Assembly (NCBI RefSeq): GCF_021869535.1
Contig: NW_026262712.1
Span: 115,568,001-115,632,000, forward strand
Reading direction: 5' to 3'
DNA length: 64,000 nt
DNA from: Mytilus californianus
Taxonomy: Eukaryota
Part shown: piece by piece, positions 34,582 to 48,600 of the stretch
Layout: every line of letters starts with the position of its first letter
Position numbering within the stretch: the stretch's first letter is position 1
The notes under the pieces: generated by a model
Databases searched by the model: none
What the model saw: the letters and a program-made list of their open reading frames with translations, nothing else
What the model was told of the DNA's origin: nothing
Made by a program: the position numbers and the translations under genes

Positions 34582-35449
34582 AGCCGTAACCATACATGTG
34601 TATGTGTAAACAGGCAGTATCAAAACAGATTATATATAATTTTAACAGGCAAATATTCTTAATGGGTTACATATAAACATACATGTATTTGTACTATACT
34701 GATAGTTTCAGAGTTCAAAACATTTATCAATATAAATTCCAATAATTTTCAATACCTCTAGGTTTTCTTGAATAAAAAGCCAATTGAACTTTATCGTAAT
34801 TGATCTCTCCTACTCACAAGGGCCTGAAGTCCTAACACATTAAAAACTCTTCACGGTCATGGATATTGATTGGTGCCCTGTGGAAGAGGTGACCAATCAG
34901 TAGTCAGATCCATGCTATCGAGATGGGTAAATTTCGAGCTAGTTCCGAGTGCTTGATTAACGATTTTTTTTATTGTCTATTAATTCAGGCATTGATGTAG
35001 CCATCGTAGAGCAGCGGAATTTAATGACTGAATTATTCGGGTTAGATGATATTATATTTTATCTTACCTCCTATAGATTTATGGGGATATAATTGGTTAA
35101 AGGACTACACGTGTTGACTACAGATATTTGATATAGGGTGACCTAAAAATATAGGGTTAGTTACCATATAGGGTTAGTTATCAAATGGGGTTAGTAAGGA
35201 GTTACTTCCCTTTCAAAACAAAAAAGAAATCTGAAAGGTTTCAACTGACGAAGAAATTGATAATGAACGATTGAAATAATTTCATAAATCAAATTTAAAG
35301 CTTACAAATTGTTATTGTTGGCATTTGTTTTTTTAAAAGACAAATGGAAGTAGGTTCTTAATACTAAGTATTGAAGACTTAATCACTTTGATAGGCCGCT
35401 AGTCTAAATACCACATGTGAAGATAGTCGGTAAGATAAATTCGTTACAA

Positions 35450-35575
35450 GGTGTGCTAGTGACCTAATACGATATCAATGGGGTCAGTAAATTCCATATG
35501 AGGATTCGAGCTTCAATCTCGCCCCATATGGAATTTATTGACCCCATATATATCGTATTAGGTCACTTACACACC
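35450..35575. mobile_element. Hairpin MITE (~50-bp imperfect arms)
   Basis: GTGACCTAATACGATAT..ATGGGGTCAGTAAATTCCATATG pairs with CATATGGAATTTATTGACCCCAT..ATATCGTATTAGGTCAC. Confidence 0.85.
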
Positions 35576-38500
35576 ATGTAACTAATAATATAAGATTGAT
35601 TTATCGTCAGTGATACATAGTAAAGTACCGCCCTTTTAATCTTTTAAGTGTTTTGGCATGGGGTTTCTAAAGACAAAACATTTTTCAAGTTTATAAAAAA
35701 ACAAACATTGTTTTGTGAATAGCATATCAAAGAACATAATATTAGGCACAGTGTCGAACACTAACGTCATGGAATACATGATAACGAAATATCCAAGTTC
35801 CTTATAGATATCTAAAATCTACATAAAATAAATTAAGGAAAAGTAAGGTATTGTATTTATAAATATGGCTAGTATATTTATCTCTTATCCTGAACGCTGT
35901 GACTCATTCCCCATTTCCATTCTCAATTTTATGTATTGAATGAAAGGTTGGTACTCTTATATTTGATTCAATAAGTATGGTATTTTATACCATTAGACAT
36001 ATATCGTTATTTACTGTCATACAGACAAGTTGTGGACAAGCTCAGGGCCGCTCTGTATAATTTTGAACTATCCTTATATTTGTATAGGGCCTCGACTTTA
36101 ATACCTTATACTTTAAAATCTTTAAAATGTACCATCTATTTTGGCTTTGATCTTATGGAAGTCAATACTGAGATTGTAAACCAGCATCACACGTCATACT
36201 CTCATTCCTGCAAGAGGTACTGCGCTCGAGTTAATATACTCTTCAAAAGCATAAAGTCCATGATTACTTTTTTCTGTAGATAGTTTGATTGACTTATTAT
36301 TTGATTGATCATTTGATTGATTGAATAGTATATTGATTGCTTTAATTGATTGATTTGTTTTATTGTTTTATTTATTGATTGATGTGTTTATTGATTGCTT
36401 GATTGTTTGGTGTGTTTATTTGAAAGTATAGTCAATTATATAGATATGCAATGTTGATTTTAAACCTTCCCGTTATAAAATGAAATGCCATTTGTTGTCC
36501 TTTATGTTGATCATGTTATTGTTCAGCAGAAAAATGAAAACGGCGATATATGTTCTTACAAATATTTTTGTAAACTATATTTTGACTAAATAAAGCATAC
36601 ACATGAATATGTATACGGGAATAATACTGTCAAAACCACTCAAATGCGCTGTCTTTTATCACGAGAATCCGCAAGGTCCAGAATTGTCGTCCTACTTGTT
36701 TACTTAAAAAGTGAGGCAGTGTTCAGCTTTAAATACTGAATAGTAAAAGTATAGGACAAAATAAAAAGCTATTGGTTTTTTTTAAACAGAATAATTAAAT
36801 ACGAAATTAAATAAGATCAATATCTACTGTAAGTGCATTATTATTTGTGAGGTACTTTTGAGTGTTTAGGGATGTTTTTTTAATACCATTGCTAGGAACA
36901 AAATATTCGGCATTCAAGCCCCCTCCCCTAATTAAATCTGTGATAATCTTGCTTCCTTTAAATTTCCTATTTATATTTTTGTTATCTTGTACTTTTGATA
37001 TATTTTTTCGTATATTTCCTTTTGGACAAACAAACCAGTTAAAAGTCTTGGTATTCATTTTTAATTATGATTATAAATAATGCCAAATCTCAAATATGGG
37101 AGAGTTTTAGATAAAATAGCAAAGCTCCTTGACAGATGATGAAAAAGAAACTTTACACTGGTTGAAAAAAAAATACTGCTACCAAATATAACCTATGTGG
37201 CTTCTTACAGTATTATTATTATACAGTATTGTTACCAGCGAATTATTCTATATAAAATTACCCTAAGCGCTTTACAACAAAATATCAATTCACATATACA
37301 ATTATTTACAATACAATATGAAAGCCCGTGGTACAAATTTAGCATATGACAAATGATTACTAATAACTTGTAAAAAGATGACAAAAATCGGATTTTTAAT
37401 ATCTTGCATATAACATGTATAAACTGATAAACAACAAACTTATCTGTATTATAAATAGAGACAAGTTACAAATTATAACCAATATGATATATAGATTCAT
37501 TTGGAATGGAAAAAAGATAGGATAAGGAAGTCAACAGTAACTAAAGATTTATAAGTTTGGCAAACATATGCTTATCTTTAATTGATAAAATCATGGCTAA
37601 TAGTAAATAATTCTAAAACTAATAGCATATGTAACTTTTTAAATATCAGAAAACAAAAGATCTGTGGCAATATATTTAGACAATTTAAAGGATAAATGGA
37701 TTGAAAGTTTTTGTTTGTTTGCAGAAAAACGACATAATTGACAACATAGGACATATATTAAAAGAAATTAAAGTAACCGGATAGCTGAATTCTGTATACT
37801 TTAACAGTGCGTAACCAAAACACTGGACTGAGAAGCTTAAACATGAGAAATCATTCAAAACTAATATTAAAGTCATAGGAAACGAGATTCTTTTAATTTT
37901 AATGTTAGGGAAAATATTTAACCGATGCATGCATATATACTAAAGTAAGTCCTCTATGCACTTACACTTTTACATTTTTTACGAATCTATTACGTATTAT
38001 CGACAAATAACATTTCATCAAGTGATTGTTGATCGCAAGCTTATTAATTTTCGATTTTGTTGTTGAAGTTTACCGGATCATGACATAAATATACAATCAA
38101 CACAGAATCATGGAGCACGTGAAGCATAAGTGAATTGATAGAGTGATATTAACATTTTTTAAAATAATTTTCATGCGTTCCCATTTGTTAATTAAACTTT
38201 TCATAACAGTTAATAATTGATTAATTTGGTCTTTCAGAATCAATTATTACTTTTTAACTTCCATTGCACGTTTGTTTACATTCTTTAATTACGGGTTTTC
38301 CATAGCAATTGTGCGGTGCGGTGGCCGAAGTTCAAACAGAGGTCACTGCATACGGAAAAAATATCGGTGTATTAAAATAAGGGGATACAATAATTCAATA
38401 GAAGTACATTTAAGACGATTTTGATAAGATAAAGGATTTTCTTTTACAAGAAAGTCCACGTTTCATGGTATTATTTAGACAATCAGGTATATAAAACATA

Positions 38501-41500
38501 TTCAACCTTTTTAAAAATTTGAATTATCATATGACTTTAATATCAACCAAACAAAAATTAAACTTGGAGTTACTGATGCTTTACTTTCCATTGATAATAA
38601 AGACGTTTAAGAAATTATCTTACCTCCTATATATTTCTAGGAATATCATTGGTTAAAAGCGAACACCCGGAGACCGTGTATATTTAATATTGGGGTTAGT
38701 AGCATCGCTCTCTCCCCATATGACATTTACTGACTTGGAATATATCGAATTAGGTAACTACCACACTGTGTAACTAATATTTTATGTTTGAAAAAAAAAA
38801 CCGAAACACCTATTTGATTTTTGAAATGGGAAAAGGTGCTAAATACAGATAGTTCAAATTGTAAATTTAAAAACTCTTTAAAATTTACTTTCGATTATTT
38901 AAAAGATAATAAAATTAAAATGTTCAGATGGAAATTAATGCTTTTTTTTTTGCCAAATAATGAGTTATCATTCCAATGGATAACAATTCAGAAAACATCC
39001 TTTATAGATATAAGAAGATGTGGTATGAGTGCCAATGAGACAACTCTCCATCCAAGTCACAATTTATAAAAGTAAACCATTATAGGTCAAAGTACGGTCT
39101 TCAACATTTGTACACTTTGTAATGAACTAGATAATTATTTTTTCATCACTTGTTCATATAATAAGACATTTTGGAAATCAATGAAATTTGTTTTAGAAAA
39201 ACTTGATATTGATGAACATGTTATAAGCTTTCGTTCTCTAGTAATAGGATATATCATCTCTGATGATGCATATTTTGCACTTAATCACTTACTGGGCTAC
39301 ATTTTCTTTTCAGTTTATTATACACAATATATATCAAATAGCAAGGGCAAGCAATTAGATACAGTAAACCTATTTAGAAATGGACTTAAAATATAGTAGA
39401 ATCATATAAAAGACAAATATAAAGATAAGCAGTATATAAGCAAAGGTGCTTGCTATTTTGAACAAAAACTAATATTCTTTTGTTCAATCGATAGGCTATA
39501 AAGTCGAAGAATTTAGTTATCTAATTTTGTTATCATATTATATACATTGTTGTTAATGTGTAAGTGTATATGTATGTATATATGTGTGCCTATATGAATT
39601 ATTAACTCGGACAACTAGTCCCTAAACTAAATATTTTTGTCAAGAAAAAAAAAGGTGATAGAGTTCAAGTTGCAACAAAACACACCACCTTATCACAAAT
39701 ACATTCTATATTCATAACAAACACACAACTAATATTGTATATGTACATGAATGTGTGCGTAGTGTCAATTATTTGTTGTAAATACGATAGGGGTACGTCA
39801 AAATTTTAAATAAACATAATTGCCGATTGAAATTTGTTTGTTCACAAACATAAACAAGTGGAGGTCATGGGTCATTTATTTTTGGGTCAAATTTGCAAAT
39901 AAAAAGATAGGCTTAAATGTTAAAGGAAAACAACATTTCATAGTACAGTAACTTACCGTTTTTAACAGTATTCAAATTTCCAAAAGCTTGTTTAATAATA
40001 AATCAAAATATATAGCAAAAGTATATATTTAATACGCAGTCATCTCATTCGATTACATTAGTGCAAGTTGTATAAGGAAAAGAACCGATAACGGATGTAT
40101 AAAAATAATGTCCGTATACATATACATAGTTTAAGAATAACTGTTACATAATATTAATAGATACTCTATAAACTCATCATAGATACCAGGAGTGTACGCT
40201 ACACGCGTGCTTCGTCTACAAATTACTCATCAGTGACGCTCGAATAAAAAAGTTAAAAAGGCCAAATAAAGAACAAAGTTATTATAATGAAATTAAATAT
40301 AAGAACTATTTTAATATTAAGTAAAGTGAACTAAATATTCACCCCTGGATATTACGTAATCAATGTGACAGGGATACTTGATGCAGTGCAGAACATCAAA
40401 TATTTTGTTAAGCAGCGAGGTGTGCAATACAGGAATTTTATGAGGGTCAAAGAATCGCCAGTTTAAATTTCATATTCTTCTTTAAATACATAACTATTAA
40501 AATATTTTTGTATGTCACTATAAACCTTACAATAGCGCTCATTTCCATCCTAAATGATTTTTCGATCAGAAGCATGCAAGGGTTTTCCATCAACGACACC
40601 CTTACTCAGCTACAAATTTAATCAAATTAAGGTAAAATAAAATAAAATTTCCCGAAAGCAAGCAACGGGACTGGCAAATGTTTCGTTTTTCACTAACACC
40701 ATAAATGAAATTGGAAATAAATCTGACATTCGGAAACTTCCCGAATGATACTTTTATTGCAACGGTAATTTTTCTGCCGGTCATGCGTTTTGTGTACTAT
40801 AATTTGTCTGTTGGTTTTTTTCTTTTTTAGCCATGGCGTTGTCAGTTTGTTTTCGACTTATGAGTTTGAATGTCCCTCTGGTATCTTTCGCCTCTCTCTT
40901 AAAGTTTAAATGTTCTTCCACACATGTGAAATAAAAGCGTACATTTTGATTTTTCAAGATATTTGATTTATTTGTATATTGATATCTAATTAATTGATTG
41001 CAGTGTTTGCTTTGTGTCCAGTCGCCTGTTTTCATCAACGTCAAATAACAAATACGTGTCTATTTATATTTAACACAACGTAATGATAAGTGTCTTGCAA
41101 AACTATTATTAAAACCAATTCATAAAAATCGTCTTGAATATACATGTTACTTTAAATGGCCTAACCCTGTTAGTTGAACAGACAATTGTTCACAAGCATA
41201 AAAAGACTATCAGGTGCTGAAACTGTAGTCTCTGAACCAATCCAACAAATGGTGAAAATTTTAAAGATACAAAGTAAATTACAATGTTCAATGCGTTGAA
41301 TAAATGTTACTATGTGTGAAATGTCTAATATAAAATGCTTAAACAGTCCGACGAATGTGAGATAAAGTTGTACTAGTAAAACAATTGAATTTCTATGTGA
41401 ATGTTATCAAACAAGCAATTTATATTGATGGACGTGTTCCAACATATACTATTGGGGTTTTATCATTTTGTGGTAGACGAATCTAAAAAAATATATAATA

Positions 41501-41849
41501 AGTAATACCGTCTAGCGTTACACCCTTTAGGCAAGACAACTCCGATCAATTCAAGAACAGAGAACATAAAAAGTGCCTTTCCTGTCATAGACATATGTGC
41601 ATAATTCTGTCTTATTTGCCATGTATCTTTTCTTGCGCATGTATGTTGCCATTTTATTTCAATGCCACAATTTTAATTACTGGGTATTTCTAGATAAGGA
41701 AATGCATGAGAAATGACAGTTGTTTTGATATTTTTCTACATGCTAATAAGACAGTAACCTCTGTCTAAGTATTAAATCGTTTGGACGAAGAGTCATCAGT
41801 TCATACAGGGTACCTATAAAAAGTATAAAAAGCCATAAACTGTGATTCA

Positions 41850-42240
41850 TAACAGTATAGGAACAAGTCTGCTATTAAAGGGGCACAATTAGTGCCCAGA
41901 GGAATACCTACAACCTGTCGATAAACTTTATTGCCGAAAAGTACATAAACATCCACTTTATTTGAACTTTGGTGGACAGTTGTCTCATTGGCAATAATCT
42001 CATCTCCTTATTTTTATATAAATGTTCTCAATGAGAAAATTTAGGGCTTTAATCATCTCATTACACCTCCAGTAAGTATATCTAGCATATTTACCTTTCT
42101 AATTTGAAAAAAGGCTTTATATGAGTTGCAGCAAATAAAGATTGTGTGGAAGTGTAGTATAAAGAGTGGAAAAGTCAAAACTGTCAACCGAATCTTAAGG
42201 TCCATCAAAGGCATGCAATTTATCTAAAACATTGTTTCTT
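41850..42240 (-). mobile_element. Degraded Penelope-like RT fragment
   Basis: The minus strand gives GTNCAPLIADLF (~41865-41900) and FDFSTLYTTLPHNL (~42140-42182). Confidence 0.75.
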
Positions 42241-43141
42241 ATTTGTTTTTTTTGTTTGCTTTTCCCGTTTTTTTATTTTTTTTCTGTCTTTTTTGTTTCT
42301 ATATATTTTGGAGGGTCATTGAATTCTTGTTCAGGTTATCCCCCATATCTCTTGTAATTTTATTTATACTCTGTAATAATCAAATTCCTAAACATTTAAT
42401 CAAGGTTTTGATTTTGACCCTATTTTGAATAATATATAGACGTATTTGCCATTTGACGTTGATCTGAGTTTTGAGAAGTTTGAAAGGCGTAAAATGGAGT
42501 GTTTCACTTTACCACATGTTCATGTACATGTGCCTGTCTTAAGTGAGGAACCCCTTTAATGTTGACTTTTGACACATATTTAATATGTGTTTTCTCATTT
42601 TGGTCCATTTTAGTGTTAATTGGACAAATATGTGTTTTATTCATTTCTGGATTTGGGTCGATTCATGTGATCTAAGGATATTGTAAACATACCATACTTA
42701 ATTTGAAGACTGTATGCTAACCTTCAAATGCTTTACTTTAGTTTCTTATGGATTTTTTATTGATTGCTTTTAATTTGTTTTATTTTTTTATTTTTCCCGT
42801 TTTATTAGTTTCTCTTTTGTTCTATCTTTTGTGTTTGTATATATTTTGGAGGGCCATTGCAACCTCGTTCAGGTTCTCCCCCATATCTTTTATTATTTAT
42901 ATTTACAATCTGTAATAATGAAATTCCTAAACATTTCATCAAGGTTCTGATTTTGACCCTAAGATAAATACCTTTTAGCAGAGCTGTATAACATTCAGGT
43001 ATTGAAGAAGTGCTTTTAACCAATGAAATTTTAGGATTTGATGTTTCTTATTTGTTCAGAATGTATGTAAAACATGTTATTATTAAGTGATTACCATAAT
43101 GTTTTTAAACTTACAGTTCAAAACAATAATTTATAAAAAAA

Positions 43142-43442
43142 TAAGAATGTGTCCATAGTACACGGATGCCCCACTCGCACTATCATTTTCTATGTTCAGT
43201 GGACCGTGAAATTGGGGTCCAAATTCTAATTTGGCATTAAAATTAGAAAGATCATATTATAGGGACATGTGTACTAAGTTTCAAGTTGATTGGACTTCAA
43301 CCTAAAACTACCTTGACCAAAAACTTTAACCTGAAGCGGGACAGACGGACAGACGGACGGACGGACGGACGGACGGACGAACGAACTGACGTACAGACTA
43401 GAAAACATAATGCCCCTACTACTATCGTAAGTTGGGCATAAA
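43142..43442 (+). mobile_element. Non-autonomous Helentron-like (HINE/pearl-type) element
   Basis: (GGAC/GGAA)n microsatellite at ~43337-43400 followed by a 3' hairpin ATGCCC...TTGGGCAT, the layout typical of bivalve HINEs. Confidence 0.65.
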
Positions 43443-44954
43443 AAATGTTTCACAACTGCATTTCCGAAGCACATTTATCAGTTTGTCAAGATTTGTCTGT
43501 GAAACCAATTTAACGTAGAATTTTGAAACAAACATTTTTTTTTGTATTGATAACTTCAAGACTCTGCTTTCCTTGATCAAAATGACTCAAGCAAATCAAT
43601 AGAATAGCATTATAAAATAATAAGCTATAAAAAAAGGGAAAATAACAAAAATACCGAACTGCATGGAAAATTCAAAACGGAAAGTCCTTTATCAAATGGC
43701 AAAATCAAAAGCTCAAACACATCAAACGAATGGAAAACAACTGTCATAATATTTCTGACTTGGTACAGGCATTACCTTATGTAGAAAATGGTGGATAAAA
43801 ACACTTCAACATTCCAATATTTAAAATAGTTCAAACGAAAAACCAACGATTTGGTTTATATACAAGACTTGTCTCATTTCTTCAATACACTGGATAATCT
43901 GTACGTGTTGTCATAGAATACCGAATTAATTCCTGTGTTGGTCTCAGATAGAGATATGTTTATCTTGTCTCCTCAAATAAGTCAACACTAACAATGACAT
44001 ACGTAGGTGACTCTCAGTAATGTATGAACAATGAGTATGAAATCACTTTAAATTCTCAGCTACAAAAGTTCTTACGCAAGCCTCGTTTTATGGATATAAC
44101 TGACATTAAAAATTTAATCTTCATTTTAAAAAATGCCGCAAAATAAGTATTTATTTCTTGGCACAAATAAAAAGTAAAATAACACAAATACCGAACTCCA
44201 CGGGAAATTCAAACCGGAAAGCCCCTATTCAAATTGCAAAATCAAAAGCTCAAACACATTAAAGGAATGGAAAACAACTGTCATATTCCTGACTTGGTAC
44301 AGGCATTTTCTTATGTAGAAAATGGTGGATTAAACCTGGTTTTATATCTAGCTAAACCTCTCACTTGTATGACAGTCGCATAAAATTTGAAAAAAATGTG
44401 AAAAATTGAAGGAAATTACAGATTTTTCATTGAAGGAGAGTGCGTGCGAATATGTTCTAAATATCTGTAATTTATAGTGGGCAAACCAGAGTCATAACTT
44501 ATGAAGCTTTGGATATTCAAATAAACGTTGTTTTGTTTCATAATCTGGAATCAAAATAATTTCATGATATGAACAAAAAGAGTCTTGTCCCAAATGAAAA
44601 ACTAAAATCAACGTTGTTTCGTATCGGTGAAGACAAGATACGACGCAATATTTTTTTAACTCCTTAAGGGATCAATCTTTTGATTTTTGTATTAAAAATA
44701 AACTCATCCGAGCTCACCCATGCGCGTTAATGTTAGGATCGGTTTTCTGTCGTGTTTGGGGAAAATCCCTGAGTCCTGCTCATCAGTATATCAATATATA
44801 TATATAAGTTGTATACTGGCGTGTTTCTTTTCTATTTTGTTTTATTTTGTATGTAATATTGGACCATACACCGGTCGTCTTTGGATCAATTCGTAATTCG
44901 TCGATTTTATAAGAGCTCGGTATCATATGTTGTGCTGTGAAAAGTCAAAAGGGA

Positions 44955-46440
44955 TGTTTTTACTGATGCTTTGATAATAATTCTTGTAAGTTTTTATATC
45001 TATTATAAGCTATAATGGGTTTATGATTAAACATGTTCACACATTTAGGGTTTTGTGAAATAAGTTTCGAGTGTTTCATTACTATATTGTTTATTTTCTG
45101 TATAGGCGGGTTGAATTTTGTTTAACATTACTAGTGGTTGCTCTCGTTTCGCTGGGCGTTGCATAAGTAAATTTTCCTTTTTTGTATTTTGTGTTTGATA
45201 AAAAACATTTCATTGACCTCGGATATTTTATGCTCTCGTATGAGAAGATGTATTTTAAAAGCTTCGAGCTGTTTTTTAGGTTCAGTTCTGCTGAAAGGTT
45301 TCAGTTGGTTTGATATGCGTTTCAATGTCTTATATACCTTCGTTTAAGAATCTTTCTCCTTCCAACTCATTCGGTATTCAAGAGCTTGCAGCTGCTACTC
45401 AGACTTTATAAAACGTCGCCAGTGTCTGAGCAGATAGTTGATGAACCAGGTAATGTCAAAGAACGTCTCGTCCTTTTTCAAAAAAAGTTCATCGGAAGAT
45501 ACCAAGACCTTGTTGATAAATATTCCGTATCAACTTCACAAATAATACACGATAGTCTTGAAGTATAGATTCTAGGTACTGACGTTGTTTATCATCTTAA
45601 TTACGTGTTATAGTGTTTTTTATTTGTCTTTGTAAATTATTTACTTTACTGTTTAGTTCATTTTTGGTAATATCCACTTGGCGTGGCTCGGTACGTATAC
45701 ATCCCGCCATTGTGTTATTGTGCTGTCGTCTTTTTTTGTATTTTTTTACTTCCATTTTTGATTATGTGCTATGTCTATATGCCATTTTGTTTTTCTTTGT
45801 TGGTATATTTGTTTGTTGTTATAGTGATTACAAAATGTTGACTGATGTACCCCTATTTTTGACATTTTTACCTATTATGTCTGTTTGTTTTGTTCACACA
45901 TTGTTGTCAATATAATGGAATTTTATACGACTGTTATACAAGTGAGAGGTTTAGCTAGCTATAAAACAAGGTTTTATCCACCATTTTCTACATAAGGAAA
46001 TGCCTGTACTAAGTCAGGAATATGACAATTGTTTTTTATTCGTTTGATGTGACTGAGCTTTTAATTTTGCCATTTGATAAGGGACTTTCCATTTTGAATT
46101 TTCCTTGGAGTTCGGTGTTTTTGTTATTTTACTTTTTGTCAATGTTATTAAATGACAATATCAAGGAATATTGTTTCATTGCGTGAACATTCGTAGGTGA
46201 ACTTCCACGAGCGGCTACACAGTGTTAGCTATTGTAAAAAGCTCGTGGATTCCTTCTACAGGCCCGGGGTATATAATCCAGCTATCATTCCTAAAACTGG
46301 AAGTCATTATCATTTTGTTTCTATGTTGAAAGCGTTGTAAAATGTTCTCGAGAATAACGTACAGTGTGAGGTCTGCTAACTCTGCGGAACCTGATCCTCC
46401 CATAGGTACGCTCAAGTTTTCACGGTTTTGGTAAAAGTGG
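44955..46440 (-). mobile_element. Second Penelope-like family (Penelope/Poseidon-like RT), split by a nested insertion
   Basis: PMGGSGSAELADL...FRNDSWIIYPG (46215-46415), thumb-like KRISNQ...FKIHLLIRE (45131-45325) and linker TKFNPPIQKINNIVMKHSKLISQNP...KPIIAYNRYKNLQELL (~44960-45120). Confidence 0.7.
45335..46140 (+). mobile_element. Nested 3' end of a Penelope-like element (same family as 5944-7075)
   Basis: Encodes KERL.LF.KKFIGRYQDLVDKYSVSTSQII; its 3' tail (CCTGTAC.AAGTCAGGAATATGACA...GAGTTCGGT) recurs as dispersed copies at ~22625-23130, 25230-25370, 43640-43800 and 44170-44390. Confidence 0.75.
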
Positions 46441-46649
46441 ACTGATTGTTCTTTAGAATAAGCCTTAATTTAGTCTTAGATACATGATTGTTTTATTAGT
46501 TTTTATTGGCTTTGATCTGTCAGTAACTGCGAGTACTCTCAGATCTCTACTTATTGTCTTTTTTGTTGTACAAGTAGGGATGTATATATACCCTGCCACG
46601 TCCGGTCTATGTTTTTATTACTTGTTTTTCGGCTTTGAATCAATCTGAT

Positions 46650-48600
46650 GAGTTAAATAAAGGTATCAGTAGTATACCGCTGTTCAAAAGTCATAAATCG
46701 ATTGAGAAAACAAATCAACTATAAGAGGAAAACAACAGAACAACAGAAACACTGAAGTGCAAAAAAAAAAAAAAAAACGCCAATGCAACATACATAGAAA
46801 CGAACTATTTGATAATAACTGCCATATTCCTGACTTGGTACAGGACATTTTAAGAAAAAATGGTGGGTTGAACCTGGTTTTATGGCTAGCCAAACCTCAC
46901 GCTTATATGGCAATGTTAAAAATACCGTTAAAATGACAACATTACGTGACAGGAATACAGTACAAATAAATGCAAGAACACTCAGGACAGAGAAATACAT
47001 AAATAAATAATATAATAGTACCTTTCGACATGTAAACCACAGCATAACAACGAACACCTTAAATTAATTTACGACAGTACACAAATACAGCATAACACGA
47101 ATGTATCAACGCCACAAAGAGTGACGTCACAGGTAAATTTCTAAAAATTGAATATAAAATCGGGATTAAGTTTGTAATGGTGTTATTTGATGTATTTTCT
47201 AACAGTTTACAAGAATATTAATATAGAATTGTGTTAGTAATGGTGTAACTAATTGTATTTTCTAACCAAGTCGGTTTTTCTTCTAAATCAAACCCTGTAA
47301 AAACAAATAAATCCTGTGCATATAGTTGCTTTAAACCAAAGATCATACAAATGAACTAGGTGATTAATTATCTTTACTTTTACATACATATAGAAAATAA
47401 AAATATAATTAAAACCACAAACGATAAGACATAAAACAATATCGAATCAGAATTACAAATAAAACATCAGTACTAACTATATGAATACTTAAAAGTCCAA
47501 ATGACGTATATGGTAAACCACAATATAAGACGTGGTAAAATGTAGTTAGTTAGTTTAGACACAGAGACATCGTATAGATCAACCAATTCGTGATGGTGTC
47601 CATAAAATTTACGGAGTGTCATTTTTAATCTTTCCTCCTCATAACTTTGTTGGAGCAGTTTCTGCTTAAGGAGCACACTCCTGTATATGAAGTCTGTATA
47701 GTTTGAACATGCACGAGCATAACGTATCAATTGAGATATGTAAACACCATACGATGGGGCAGAGGGTATGTTACTGCTGAGAAATGGGAAATTGATAATT
47801 GGGAAGTTGAAATCGTCCCGTTTGTCATAGATTTTAGTGTGAAGTCGTCCATCTGTGTCAATATTGAGGAAAAGATCAAGGTATGAAGCAGTCCTTCTAG
47901 TATCAGTAGTATCCTTAATTTCAAGTTCACTGGGATATATGAGATGTAAGTACTGACTGAAATATGGGTTATTCAGTGATAGGACATCATCAATATATCT
48001 GAAAGTAAAATTAAAGAATTTCGCAAGGTGCTTTTTCTTTTTGTCTTTTAGAAGGTTCTGAATGAATTCTCCTTCATACAATTACAAAATACAAATCGGT
48101 CAGTAGAGGTGCACAATTAGTACCCATCGGAATACCGACTGTCTGTTGAAATATCTATCCTCCAAACTCAACAAATATATGGTCGATAAAAAAGTCCAGC
48201 ATTTTGATAATATCATCTTCAGTATATTTTCTGGTAGAATCAGTGTGGTTCTTCACAAAATAAGAATTATTATAACCCAAAACAAGAAATTTATATCTAC
48301 GATTCCCATTTTTATAGAAAAAGCTCTGTTTAATGAGATGGTGAAGTCGATCTTTCAATTGAGCATGGGGAATAGTAGTGTAAAGAGTAGAAAAATTAAA
48401 GGTCTTAATGTTGCTTCAAATGTAGAGATTGTGATCTAAGATTTAGCAGTAGATCTTTAGAATTTTTGAGAATCCACATCTGATTAACACCACTGGTTGA
48501 ATGTATCTGATCACAATATGTTTAAAGGCCATCTTTTACTGAATAGTAGTCAGCACTTTAGAAATATGTTTAGTCGAACACCTTGATGATCCAGCTTTGT
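46650..48600 (-). mobile_element. Best-preserved Penelope-like retroelement (RT, 5'-truncated)
   Basis: FDFSTLYTTIPH, IKMLDFFIDHIFVEFGG, GIPMGTNCAPLL, FTFRYIDDVLSLNN, YLDLFL, LHTKIYDKRDDFNF, YGVYISQLIRYARACS (ORFs 47473-48081 and 48155-48358). Confidence 0.92.

Noticed and set aside
34995-35050. TAGAGCAGCGG as a tRNA/Pol III A box
   Set aside because: No B box or cloverleaf follows.
35150-35200. GGGTTAG motifs as an interstitial telomere
   Set aside because: Only three spaced single units, not a tandem (TTAGGG)n tract.
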